Shown: positions 25,626 through 38,490, counted from the stretch's first letter. The stretch is 64,000 nt of DNA from Octopus sinensis (GCF_006345805.1 NC_043002.1:99014001-99078000); one strand, 5' to 3'. Notes: generated by a model not told the origin, from the sequence alone. Made by a program: numbers and translations.

Positions 25626-26034
25626 CTACGAGCTCATCTTGTGTTAGTCTGATATTCCATCCAGGATGAGTCTTTTAAAGATATGAATAAAGACAGACAT
25701 CCTTCGTTTTGTGCTGTAGAAGGTTGTCAGCATAGTTCAGTTGCTACAGTGGCTTCGCTGACGATAATAATGACCTAGAAATAAAGATTAACAAAACTAG
25801 TAATTTTTTCTAAGGTCAACAAAACTAGTAATTTTAAAGATGTATCGTAGAGGTAATTGACTTCCTTCCAAAGAATGTATTTGACTAATTGACTCCCAAA
25901 AGGAGGAACGGTAAAGAAGATCCCAGCGTGATTTGAGCTTAGAATAAGAAACTATGTAACCAACATTACAATACAGATTGTCCACTATCTTATCGATTTT
26001 ATTTTCAGCAGCAATTGTTCCTACCATAAATTTG

Positions 26035-27800
26035 GCGGACGGTGTTAATTGATGAAATCGATTCCAAGTAATATTGAATATTATATTGATCGCAGAAAGA
26101 TGGAGGGAAAAAATGACCGGCAGAATTTGAACTTAGAACATTCGGTTAGTTCCACCAATCCACCGCCTAATTTATATTATAAATATTTCTAACATAGTAC
26201 AAGGAGAAGAATTTGGTGAGAGGAGTCAGTTGATTAAATAAACCCCATTACTTCTCCAGTTCTTATTTTAAGTCAAAAGCAATGATGACGTCAGTAGGAT
26301 TTGAACTCATAACAACGATCTGGAAGAAATATCACAATTAAATTTGTCCGATGCGCTAACTATTCTACCTAACTACACTCAACAATAATTACAAAAATAT
26401 TGGTTTCAAATTTTGGCATAAGGCCAGCAATTTCGTGGAAAGGAGCAAGTCAATTAGATCGATCCCACTGCTCAACTGATACATATTTTATCGACCTCGA
26501 AATGATGAAAGGCAAAGTCGACAACAGCGGCATTTGAACTCAGAACGTAGATTCGGAAGAAATGCCGCGAAGCATTTTGTTCGGCGCGATAACGATTCTA
26601 ACAGCTCGCCGCTTTACAATAACAGAAAATATTAAGTCCTATCTTTGGACCAACGTTCCATTTCTATGTTGTGTACGCAGATTCGATTATGATTACTCCA
26701 TTACGTAATTATTTTATCAGCCGTAGAAAAATTTAATAATAGATATTTTATTAAATATTCTACTGATTCTACCAATATATAGTTCTCAATAATAATGGTT
26801 TCAAATCCTGGCAGAGGGCCAGTAGATTTGATGGAAAGGGCAAGTTTATATCATTGACCTCAGTACTTGAACGGTATATATTTTATCGACCCAGAAAAGA
26901 GGAAAGACAAAGTCTACCTCAGTGGAATTTGAACTCAGCACGTAAAGACGGATGTTGTGATGCTAAGCATTTTGCCTCACAATCCTCAATAATGATAGAG
27001 CAAGGATAGAATTGTTGGGGACTGAATATGAAGTAAATCTTGCCTGAAGAATAAAAATGGGATTTGAACTCAGTACACTATGTATATTACTAGATATGAG
27101 ATAATTTAGCCAGTGGCCCATTGAATGCGTCAACCAATATACTGTACCTCTTATAATAACAGTTTAGAATTTAGGCGCAAGGCCCGAAATTTTAAGAAGA
27201 GTGGAGTTAATTGACAGTGGCTTTGACATCAGTACTTGTAATATAACCCCATGGTATTAAAAGAAAGTCAACCCCTACATGATTTGAATTCAAAAGGTAA
27301 AGAACCAGACGAAATGTCGCAAAGTATATCTCCTGATGCTTTAACAATTCTGCCAGCTTACTACCTTGACTACTCTTATTTTGATTGTCTCTACCTTAAG
27401 CACATGGTCAGCAATTTTAAGGGGAAGATTTAGCTGATGCCTTCAAGACTAATGTTTGATTTGCATTTTATCTTACCAGCCTCAAAAAGATGCAAGACAA
27501 GATTTAACGCAACTGTGATAAGAACTAGAAACGTGAAGAAGCAGAAGACATATACAGCAAAAGAAAATTTCCCGACGATCTAACAATTTAATCAGTTCTC
27601 TTTGCGCAAAGAGAACATTGCGCTCCTTAAAATCAGGGAAATAATGGTTCTAAACTTTAGCTCAAGGGCAGCAATTTTAAGTAAGTGAACACTAGGGTTG
27701 ATCGCATCGACCTTAGTATTTAACTAGTACTAACTTCATCGACCCCGAAAAAATGAATTGTACAGTCACCATCGGCGGAATTTGAACTCAGAACGAAAAG
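26035..27800 (-). mobile_element. Stack of ~7-8 diverged SINE family G copies
   Basis: Repeated (GG/GA)ATTTGAACT motifs (B-box on minus) at ~26125, ~26300, ~26535, ~26930, ~27065, ~27285, ~27785, all on one strand. Confidence 0.75.
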
Positions 27801-28016
27801 AGCCGGAATATAGTCATAGAAAAAGTAATGATCATTTTGCCCTGAACCCAAATTCGACATTTATGTTGACATAAATATGAACTCTTAGATGTAAACTTCA
27901 CAGCTAGCATTGGTCATAGGAGTGAGGGGGAATATTGTGTTAGTATATTTAGCTAGCCACATAAAAGTAATTTTCATTTGTATAATAATTTTCTCTCTAA
28001 TTAGAAAACAACATAC

Positions 28017-28090
28017 TTAAAGTTGCGGTGTTCAATGAATTCGTTTCTTTCCACAGTTTCTTATCGATTGTAAGGCGATAGAATGCATAC
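28017..28090 (-). CDS. Candidate 74-nt exon (YAFYRLTIDKKLWKETNSLNTATL)
   Basis: TTTTCAAAATTTACAG acceptor, TTAA|GTATGT donor; only one frame is open. Confidence 0.4.
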
Positions 28091-28280
28091 CTGTAAATTT
28101 TGAAAAAAAAGCACATGCTATGGAATAAAAAAAACAACGAATTATTTGTATGATTTATTACACAACACTCACACATACACACACGCGCACAAACATGTAT
28201 ATCTACCTATCAATTTGTATACATACCTATATACATGTGTGTATATATATATTGTGTGAGTATATATATATATATGTATG

Positions 28281-28348
<68 letters not shown>

Positions 28349-29840
28349 CTCAAACACACATACGCACACATATATTAATTTAGCAAAGTAGTGGAAGATC
28401 ACACTACGTGAAGACCATTTCTAAGACCATATTTAATTATCTTATTAATTGCATTGAATAATTGTTTTCGAATAAATTCGATATATGAATGTATTGTTAA
28501 TGAATTAATTAAATTGCTAAAAGTATATTCAGAGACTGCAAGTAATTTTCATTAACATTCTGAACGCCTTATTCGGTCCTGAATATGGCAAAAAATAATT
28601 AATTTCAATTTAAATGTATTAAAATTAAAAGAGACAGAAAAAGAAAAATCACGCACTTACACCCATACACCAACGCACAAATCTTGAATAGATACAGAAA
28701 AATGTAAAGAAAGTTTTGAAGATTTATTCTATACAAGTTTGAAGTTTTATTCATGTAACATTAATTAATAATTAAAGACGAGGCACTATAACTACTACTT
28801 TATAGATTATGGTTTGTATTCTTATTCTTTCGCCAGTACAGTACTGTGCTCATGGCCGGGTTTCTTAGTATTTTAGCACTGAATGGTTACAAGCCAAGGG
28901 GCATCTATACTAATAGTTTTCAGTTATGATTTCTCGAAATTTGTAGTAGCATATTCCATAGAAAATATGCTTCAAACTTAAACATTTAGAAAAAAACAAA
29001 TGTATAAAGACTACTGTTTACTATTCCAAGATTCCAAGTAATCAAACTTGTGTGTAGCAAAATTATAATTATTTGTATTTTCAGGTCTCTCAATGATTAG
29101 TGAGGATTTTTTAAGATTTAATTTATGTTTTGAAAGTTAGTTACGTATCCCGATATTCTTGCCGCACCTGATTTCAAAATCACTGATCTTCAAGGACGCT
29201 CGATTTGGTAGAAACAGTAGCAAAATCTCCTTCAAATGACTTGCTATCGTCTTCAGAAAGGCATTAGAATATGTTATCTATAGCATAAAAATAATACGAG
29301 TTGGCCATGGCTTGATTGCAAAGCAGGGCCTTGCGCCTTAGGTCACATTCGGCCCAGGCACTGCTTTACAGTTAACAAATTCAAGGTTAATTGCAATATT
29401 ATTCAAGAGATTTAGTGGTCATTAGTTCGAATATATTGTGGATGTTAAACTGTGTATCGCCATTCCATCTTAGTTCATTTAACCCAAATTAAAAAATTAT
29501 GCGCCATGTCCTCTGGGAATATTTCTTGAAAAGGATTTACGTCACATTTCAGTAATTAAGAAATATGTTTTTCCTCATAAACACAATAAAGATACATAGA
29601 TTCATAGCATTTATCTACCATTGAGTTTTTTGAAACATTTATATATACATATCTAGAATATGGTTGAGGAATTGATGGCTCAAACGGAAATACGCCAGAA
29701 AATAATGCTAGATCTTTATCCACCTTTACATCTTCATGGAAGTGTAACGAAATTATCATCAACCTTATGTTTTCCGAAATATTACATTCAAAAGGAGACG
29801 AGCTCATATCTCTGGTTTTGAATTTAGCATATGCAATAGT

Positions 29841-30158
29841 CCGGGGACCCCCTTCGGTCACGACACTGACCATGGGATTGCACCTAGAAAGTTATCCTCC
29901 TAGTCACAAGTCTGGGCAGCCGCCCATGCATACCGCCCCCCCCTCTCCACGCCACCAGTGTTATTCAAGGGAAAGGCAAAGGCCGATACAGCTTGGCACT
30001 CGTGCCGTCGCAACTCATTTCTACAGCTGAGTGAACTGGAGCAACGTGAAATAAAGTGTCTTGCTCAAGAACACAACACGCAGCCCGGTCCGGGATTCGA
30101 GCTCACAACCTCACGATCGTAAGCTCGACGCTCTAACCACTGAGCCATGCGCCTTCAC
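29841..30158 (-). mobile_element. tRNA-headed SINE family F, full length with 12-bp TSD
   Basis: Head GGCGCATGGCTCAGTGGTTAGAGCG...CTCGAATCCC; flanks ATATGCAATAGT (29829-29840) and ATACGCAATAGT (30159-30170). Confidence 0.9.
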
Positions 30159-30856
30159 ATACGCAATAGTAAATATATAATATTATCATATAAATCGAGA
30201 AAACATTTCAGTGTTTTCTTATCAAGAGAGGAGCAGAGGGAAAAGAAAAAGTAGTGAAGATGTTTCGTAGCTCTCTCTCTCTAACTTAAATCTAGTTTGC
30301 GCACGAGTGATGGCATCCGTTTATATGCATATATACACTCGCGCGTACGCAGCCGCACCACATATATAAATATATTTAGGCATGCATGTATATTTGAAAG
30401 GCGCATTCCATTTAATATTACACATTTGCGTGCATAAAGACTGTTGTATGCTTGATAATACATAAATTCGGAGTTATATCAGTGACACAAGGGATACTTG
30501 TTACCAATATAAGATAGAATTTCATAAATAGTTTGATAAAGATTAAGAAACAGAAATAAGATTGCTCAAGATGTGATTTTCAGCTTTTTGATAAACGACG
30601 TTGTGGCATTACTCGTTCTCATTTAATCATCAGTTTTACCGTTAAATATTTAGTATTGGTAGCATATCCTCCAAACATGCAATGATCGGGAGATCTAAAT
30701 CAGTCAATATATGGTTAAAAGCATCACGATAGCGACAACGTTATTTAAACAAACCCGTTACTATAAACTACGACTTGTTTATATTTCTATCCTTAAATTA
30801 CAATTTTCAAAATAATTCTGAAGAATAAAAAACAACAGCGACAAACTACTTTATTA

Positions 30857-32120
30857 CGGTGTTAGGACAATTCGTCCCCAGTTATTTCGTCGTTGTTTAA
30901 TTTGTCCCCGGTCAATTCGTCGTTGTTCAATTCATCCTCAGGTCAATTATTTACTGGCCAATTCGTCCCAAAATACTCTTAAATGTGATTCTCGAGGGAA
31001 AGTTTAGAACAACCACTTAAGAATTAAAATTGTCGTTGGGCACTTTTAGATATATTTTTCCTTTACCCATCAATCCCTCCCTCCCTCCCTCCCTCCCTCC
31101 ATCCATCCATCCATCCTTCCTTCCTTCTCTCTCTCTCTCTCAAGTATCTGCGCTGAACAGTTTAGGAACAAAGATTTTCAAGCAAAGCGAATTAAATTTA
31201 TTCAGTACGCTTACCCATCAACAGGACTACCTGCAAGACCATAACTTTAGAGAAAGGAAAAATCAAAGACGTTGATCAAGAAATATATATGTACACAAAA
31301 CATAAGTCGAATGCAACTAGATTGAAGATATACTGGAGGCGCGAAAATCGTGTGTGCAAGGCGAGACTTCAAACAGATGAAAATTATAAAGAGCTTAAGA
31401 AGATTGGGATCCATAATCATGCTTCAACTGCTGCAGAAGTAAATGCAAGGATCATCTTTATATATGAAAGTACGGTTGTGTGTCTGTCTCCTACGATTTA
31501 GATTCCTAACTACTCCCACATTTTGCGGTGCAGTTTAGCCAAAACCGGGTATCTTATAGTCGTGATTCATATCGAGCCCTTCTGGGTATTAGCGCGCGTC
31601 TACGATGAGTCTACGATTTAAAAAAAAATTTACCATCATTTTTTTTCATTTTAATGCATTTTTTCGCTATAATATAAGGGAAGTAACTCTCTAAAAATGT
31701 TTACGATGAGTGAACGATTTAAAAAAAAATTTACCATCATTTGTTTTCCATTTTTAATGTATTTTTTGCTATTTTTTGGCTATAACTCTCTAAAAATTCT
31801 TATATAGTTATTTCCCTTACAAACCCGAGCAACGCCGGGCGATACTGCTAGTAGTTTCAAATATTAAAGTATATTTCATCTCGTGATGCCCTTCGCTCAG
31901 TTATCGCTAGTGAAGTTCAGAATTTAAACGACTGTACATTGTCGCATATACCTACGTTTGCACAGCTCAATAGGAATATTATACGTTGGAGGCAAGCTGA
32001 TTCCAACTGTGCTGCCACGCCATTTACATATGCTGAGTTTTCCATTCCGAGATAATATTCGTACCTTGTCAATAATGAAACGTATTTACAGATGGAACAT
32101 TTCAATGCTGCTCTAGTATA
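30857..32120 (+). pseudogene. Mutator-like (MULE) transposon remnant: subterminal repeats plus FLYWCH-type transposase N-terminus, split by a Helitron
   Basis: CAATTCGTC repeats at ~30865-30970; YMYTKHK...KIYWRRENRVCKARLQTD...GIHNH; continues after the Helitron as IIVSNIK...LSHIPTFAQLNRNIIRWRQ...FSIP. Confidence 0.8.
31455..31851 (+). mobile_element. Non-autonomous Helitron family D, nested in the MULE
   Basis: A|TCTTTATATATG ... CCCGAGCAACGCCGGG ... CTAG|T. Confidence 0.92.
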
Positions 32121-32130
32121 ATTTCTTTGA

Positions 32131-32518
32131 GTGGAGGCGCAATGGCCCAGTGGTTAGGGCAGCGGACTCGCGGTCATAGGATCGCGGTTTCGATTCCCAG
32201 ACCGGGCGTTGTGAGTGTTTATTGAGTGAAAACACCTAAAAAAGCTCCACGAGGCTCCGGCAGGGGATGGTGGTGATCCCTGCTGTACTCTTTCACCACA
32301 ACTTTCTCTCACTCTTACTTCTTGTTTCTGTTGTACCTGTATTTCAAGGGGCCGGCCTTGTCACTCTCTGTGTCATGCTGAATATCCCCGCGAACTACGT
32401 TAAGGGTGCGCGTGTCTGTGGAGCGCTCAGCCACTTACACGTTAATTTCACGAGCAGGCTGTTCCGTTGATTCGGATCAACCGGAACCCTCATCGTCGTA
32501 ACCGACGGAGTGCTTCCA
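32131..32518 (+). mobile_element. SINE family E, tail type 3
   Basis: Shared tRNA-like head and body; third distinct 3' half. Confidence 0.85.
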
Positions 32519-33100
32519 GTATATTTTCTCAGTTATATATACTTCAAAACTGACTTTCTATTTGTTTCTTTGCCTCGTTCTTTCTATTTTGCTTGCGCGT
32601 TTCGTTTTTCTCCCTTTCTCCTCTTCTACATTTTCCTTTATAGTTCTCGTGCATTCTTTAAATTGCTTGCTACCCCTCTCATAAAACTGTTAACGCGATA
32701 TGACAGTATGCGTGTGTGTGTTTGCCTAACTACCTACCTACCTACCTATATATGTATATATATATATATAATTAATATAAAATATATTTTATACATATAT
32801 AATTTATATAATATATATTATATATATAATTAATATAATATAATATATATATATATAATTGATATAATATATAATATATATATAATACACACGCACATAT
32901 GTATGTAAGCCGTCTATATGCATCTCCAACAATAGCGAGTAGTCGCCGTATTTCATTTCATAACGGGTACCTCTGATAAGCGCAGGGTTACACTATCTGA
33001 CTGTTACCTAACACTCCGCTGAACTCCTAGTGCGAAACCGTAATGGATATATAATACTATAGACTTCATTTAATCTCTCTCTCTCTCTTTCAATATACAT

Positions 33101-33146
<46 letters not shown>

Positions 33147-34054
33147 GCGAACTCTGAAACACCAGCCATTTTCACGGAAGTAACGGCCGTTGAAACATAT
33201 TCAGAGTATTGTAAAGAAGGAATGAATTACACACGCATACGGACATATGGATACACTCACAGATATACGGGCACACACACTTACACACACATGTACATGT
33301 GATATGTAGGTGTATTCCAATTAGCATGATTATATATATTTTAAGTATATATAAATGTTATGAACATATATATATATTTATGTGTGTGTGTGTATGTGTG
33401 TGTGTGTGTGTGCGCGTGTATGTGTGTGCGTGTGCGTGCGTGTGTATACATGCATACGCATGTATATATACTTGGTTCAGAACAATATCAGAGAATGACA
33501 GTAAAGATAAGATATAAAGAGGAATTTGGTTTAAATTTTAATGTTAAACACTACAATATGAAGAGTGCATTCGTGTATGAGTTTTGCTGTGTACATGTGT
33601 GCGTGTGCTTGTTTGTGAGAGAGAGGAAGAGAGAGAGAGTGACAGAAAGAAAAAAACAGAGGGAAACTGATTTATTTATTTTCTGGCTCACACCCCACAC
33701 ATTATATTCGCAGTGAAACACTATACTAAAACATTAACCACATTCATTTTGTTATCTTTTAAATCTTAACTTTTAGTAACATTTTGCTATTTCCTCTTGC
33801 GTTGTCATATCTTATTAATCACCTATAACGGAACAGGCTTAACACCTGCAGTCGAGGTATGTATGAAATACGCACACTTCAGAATTGAATGTACGTTCGT
33901 ATTTATGTATGTACGTATGTACGGGGAAACTAAAACACCCACTCACTACCCACACATATACACACACACCCTCACACATTCGTACGTATTCATGTATAAA
34001 TGTATGTGTGTGCATTGTTATTACAATATATATATACATCACCATCAAAATACA

Positions 34055-34345
34055 GGTCCAGATACTGCAACAGCTGGTTCAGAGGATCACAGCTCTTTAA
34101 CATCCTCCTAAATGCCTGAGAGACTTACATGGTGTGGATGTGGGTTTCTTAAAACTAAACGGATCTCTTCTTGTTGGGAGTCCCAGATGAACCTACCTCA
34201 CGACAGGAGACACGGATGCGGGCAGCAGCATCGAACTCCCTGTTGATCAAGTGCCACGTATCAGAGGTGGATTCACAAACTAGTGTAGCTCATTCGGCGG
34301 TGGTGCCCCAGCATGGCCGCGGCCTTCGGGCTAAAACATTTTTTT
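34055..34345 (+). mobile_element. CR1-group LINE 3' end with 3' UTR
   Basis: RSRYCNS..RGSQLFNIL..LRDLHGVDVG...GVPDEPTSRQETRMRAAASNSL with frameshifts; 3' UTR contains CCAGCATGGCC plus a stem-loop. Confidence 0.75.
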
Positions 34346-34362
34346 TTTTTTAAGGATTTTAA

Positions 34363-34411
<49 letters not shown>

Positions 34412-34578
34412 ATATATACTTAAAATATAATTGTCACATATATTTACAGATAAATTCTTCTGTTACATCGTATCGAGGTCTCTTTCATTCTGTTGTCTTG
34501 CCATTTGTAGTAATACTTTATATATATATATATACGTGTGTGTGCATGCATATCTCTATCTATCCTATCTCTCTATCT

Positions 34579-34624
<46 letters not shown>

Positions 34625-35087
34625 ATCTATCTATCTATATATATATATATATAATATATATATAATATATATATATATATTATATATATATAAGCTAACA
34701 TAAATATGTAAACGTATGTAAGTATGTGTGTGTGTGTGTGTGTGCGGTGTGCGAGGGTGGGCGTATGTGTACATTCATATGGAAAAAGAGAAAGAAAATG
34801 AAAAGGAGAGGGAGATGGGCAGAAAATGTCATAATAAACATAAACAGTTTTAAACCGTTAACTAGCAACAACACCAATAAAAAAAAAACAAAAAAAACCA
34901 AACCAAATAAAACAAATACATAAAGAAAATATAAAAATAAAATGACATCAAAAAAGCAACGTTTCATTGAAAAGTTGGCATGAGATGGCAGGCGATTTGG
35001 TAAACATCGTTTTTAATATCAAAGCTGTCATTGCAATATTACTTGTCATGGACGCGGGAGATGGAATAGAAGAGAGAATAAAACAAC

Positions 35088-35258
35088 GTAGGAGTGGCTG
35101 TGTGGTAAGTAGCTTGCTTACAAACCACATGGTTCTGGGTTCAGTCCCACTGCGTGGCACTTTGGGCAAGTGTCCTTCTACTATAGCCTCTCGGGCCGAC
35201 CAATGCCTTGTGAGTGGATTTGGTAGACGGAGACTGAAAGAAGCCCGTCGTATATTGG

Positions 35259-35293
<35 letters not shown>

Positions 35294-35510
35294 TTGTGTT
35301 TGTCCTCTTAGCATTGCTTGGCAACCGATGCTGGTGTGTTTACGTCCCCGTAACTTAGCGGTTCGGCTTAAAAGAGACCGATAGAATAAGTACTGGGCTT
35401 ACAAAGAATAAGTCCTGGGGTCGATTTGATCGAGACTAAGGGCGGTGCTCCAGCATGGCCACAGTCAAATGACTGAAACAAGTAAAAGAGTAAAAGAGTA
35501 AAAAAGAGTA
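35088..35510 (+). mobile_element. SINE family A, full length
   Basis: As for 3185. Confidence 0.9.
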
Positions 35511-35679
35511 ACTCGAAGAGATGGCAAAATTTTCATAATTGATAAGCACTTCGAATACATGCACCAGTTCAAATACACACACACACATATATATATATAA
35601 GGAATTGAACCCAGTCACGCATACAGATGTGTTTTATGTAGATAGCAGTAGATAAACATATATACAAACATACACACAC

Positions 35680-35890
35680 ATATACATGACCTCGTGAGTA
35701 CCACTGGCGATTTGTTTCCTCTGTCTTCCCTTATCGGGATCTTTCCTTCTCCTATGTTTCCGACGAAGAGCACCGCTCGAAACGTTAAACCCTCCTTCTG
35801 CCCTTCTTTCCTGAGCGTCCAATAATACCTTATTTGTTCCACGTCCTTGCGTTGCTGTGTTTTTTTGTTTTCTTGTTTGGATTAACTATA
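35680..35890 (+). mobile_element. Family C hammerhead-bearing element
   Basis: GTTT-CCGACGA-A-GAGC(ACC)GCTC-GAAAC-GTT-AAAC at 35756-35790 (U4 changed to C); followed by (TA)n. Confidence 0.75.
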
Positions 35891-36064
35891 TATATATATA
35901 TATATATATTGAAATGGATAAATGAATTATCTTGTTAAGGATTATTCAAATTATAACCGATACCTGGGTAGCAAAAATCACAATAGAAAAGTCACGGTTG
36001 AGGTTACGACCATGGGGTATCGCAACCGTGCCTTAGTGCGGATAATTGAAGTTTTATATATTTA

Positions 36065-36264
36065 GTGAGGGAAGAAATGGAGCTGAACGAAGATTTTACA
36101 AAATTCCTTTTTATTATTTTCTACACATGTTTCAAAGGCTGGAAATTTCCTAATTCGGATTGAATAAGGAGAATTAGGGAATTTGCAGCCTTTGAAACAT
36201 GTGTAGAAAATAATAAAAAATTGAATTTTGTAAAATCTTCGTTCAGCTCCATTTCTTCCCTCAC
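36065..36264. mobile_element. Foldback MITE with TA flanks (Tc1/mariner-type)
   Basis: Arms 36065-36156 and 36171-36264 are near-perfect inverted repeats; 14-nt spacer; TA on both sides. Confidence 0.8.
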
Positions 36265-36303
36265 TAATATATATATATATATATTATATATATATATATA
36301 TAT

Positions 36304-36347
<44 letters not shown>

Positions 36348-36711
36348 GCATATACATCCATATATATAGCCAGACATATCTTTGCGCGCGCGTGTGTATG
36401 TGTGTATGTGTGCATTGGTAATATTTGATCGGCTGGGACTTAAATTTTGCCATTAAGGGCGTTTTCAGCTGGTTCAACATCTGATACAATTATTATCAAT
36501 ATATTCTACTCTGGGAACTATATAGAGTTACAAAATCAGTAAAGGTTTCGTTTTCTAGGAGCTTAATCAAAACGAGCGCGCGCGATTACACACACGTGTG
36601 ACAGGTACACCCCCACACACACACGCATACACAACACACGCACATACACACACACACACACACATATATGTATATAAATCTATGTGTGTGAATGTGTGTG
36701 TGTACAAGTAC

Positions 36712-36744
<33 letters not shown>

Positions 36745-36748
<4 letters not shown>

Positions 36749-36862
36749 CGTGATTACCGTGACCGACCAGGCTATCAGATGTTACTACAGATCGCTGGTC
36801 ACAATGCACTTGACATTGTTTTAGCCTTCAAATGACGCCACCCCGCTGGCTAAGCGAGCAGG

Positions 36863-36865
<3 letters not shown>
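36745..36865 (-). mobile_element. Short element with an RTE-type 3' tail
   Basis: Terminal 26 nt match the RTE tail at 45528 at 23/26 positions; embedded in (TA)n. Confidence 0.6.
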
Positions 36866-36906
<41 letters not shown>

Positions 36907-37304
36907 ATGCATATCTATCTTTCTATTCACGTACGCACCCGCTTGCATGCACACGTACACACACAGATACAAACACTTATTCGCTCTCTCTCTCTCCCTC
37001 TCGCTCGTATATACTTTCTGACCGGTCTAACAAAACAGTAGTAATTGCAATGTAATCCATCGAAATGTACTTAAATCGAAACTTGATAGGAAAACATTAG
37101 CAAGCAGGATAGCTTGATTATAGAGAATTTCCTGTAAAACTGATGAATAAAGATGTATAAATAATAGAAGATATATTACTTGCACTAAAGTCATAAAATC
37201 AAGACACAGGAAGCTGGTACTTTTCATAAACAAAAGCGACGCTGAATAGTGAAGACAATTTACTGCAGAAGGTCAGTTTTTAAAGCTGATGTTAATTTAG
37301 ATTT

Positions 37305-37490
37305 TAAATTTTGGCACAAGCACAGCAAGTTCGGGAAAGAAGTTCGTCGATTACATCGACCCCATTCCACAGTTAGTACTTATTTTATCGACCTCGAAGG
37401 ATGAAAGGCAAGGTCAACCTCGACGGAATTTGAACTCAGAACGTAAAAACCGACGAAATGCCGCTAAGTATCTTGCACGGTATGCTGCCT
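37305..37490 (-). mobile_element. SINE family G
   Basis: ATCGACCTCGAAGGATGAAAGGCAAGGTCAAC...GAATTTGAACTC. Confidence 0.8.
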
Positions 37491-38139
37491 TAAAACTGAT
37501 ATTAATATCCATTCTAGTAAAGGCCTGAATTCTGCCAGCACAAAATATGATGTTGATATCACCACTAAGAATGTATCAGAACTGATGCTCCTGACTACTG
37601 TAAGTTGACACAAACAAACCTATTCAAAAGTCTTCAAGTATAAGATGAAATGGAGACCTAAAACTATAGACGAATCTGAGGTCTTCACTTTTCCAAAGAA
37701 TCTGTAAAGAACGAATTTAGGAAATACAGAAAATATTAAATATTATTAAAATCCTTTATTGCAAAGGTAAAACTAAACTCATTGTCTTTTCAAAATATGT
37801 TGACAAAAACTGAATAGATACACACACAAACTCTTACATAGACACGCATACATACTCGCGCAAACACATACCTGTTGATGCATGGTTAAGTGCGCGCACA
37901 CACACGAGCACCCAAACACACACACACACACACACGCACAGACACACAAAACACAACCACAAGCGCGAGCGCGCACACACACACTAGCATAAACCCTCAC
38001 TCACACACACACGTTCACACAAATTCATATTAATGGAAGGAGATTCTGAAATTATTACCCCAGCTTCGAGCGCTCGGCTAATAATCGGACACGTGAAATG
38101 CATGGAGATGTTTACTGAAGTTTTCATTTCGAATATATT

Positions 38140-38353
38140 CTTTTCTACTCTAGGCACAAAGCCCGAAATTTTTGGGGAGGAGGCCAGTCGATTAGATCGA
38201 TCCCAGGACGCAACTGGTACTTAATTTATCGACCCCGAAAGGATGAAAGGCAGAGTCGACTTCGGCGGAGTTTGAACTCAGAACGCAAAGACAGGCGAAG
38301 TACCGCCAAGCAGTTCACCCAGTGTGCTAACATTTCCGTCAGCTCGCCGTCTT
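38140..38353 (-). mobile_element. SINE family G, GGGCnTTGTGCCTAGAG tail variant
   Basis: Head with GAGTTCAAACTCC B-box on minus. Confidence 0.85.
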
Positions 38354-38372
38354 TCATTTCGAATATATCACT

Positions 38373-38417
<45 letters not shown>

Positions 38418-38459
38418 ATATATATTATATATATATAATATATATATATATATACATGC

Positions 38460-38490
<31 letters not shown>

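Noticed and set aside
30090-30158. tRNA-Arg-like sequence (also the heads at 8626, 25226, 32131 and 55928)
   Set aside because: No complete cloverleaf or acceptor stem; each continues into a SINE body, so these are SINE heads rather than tRNA genes.
30865-30970. Short CAATTCGTC repeats with variable spacers, superficially CRISPR-like
   Set aside because: The units are about 9-14 bp with irregular short spacers, in a eukaryotic context with no cas genes. They are better explained as MULE subterminal repeats.
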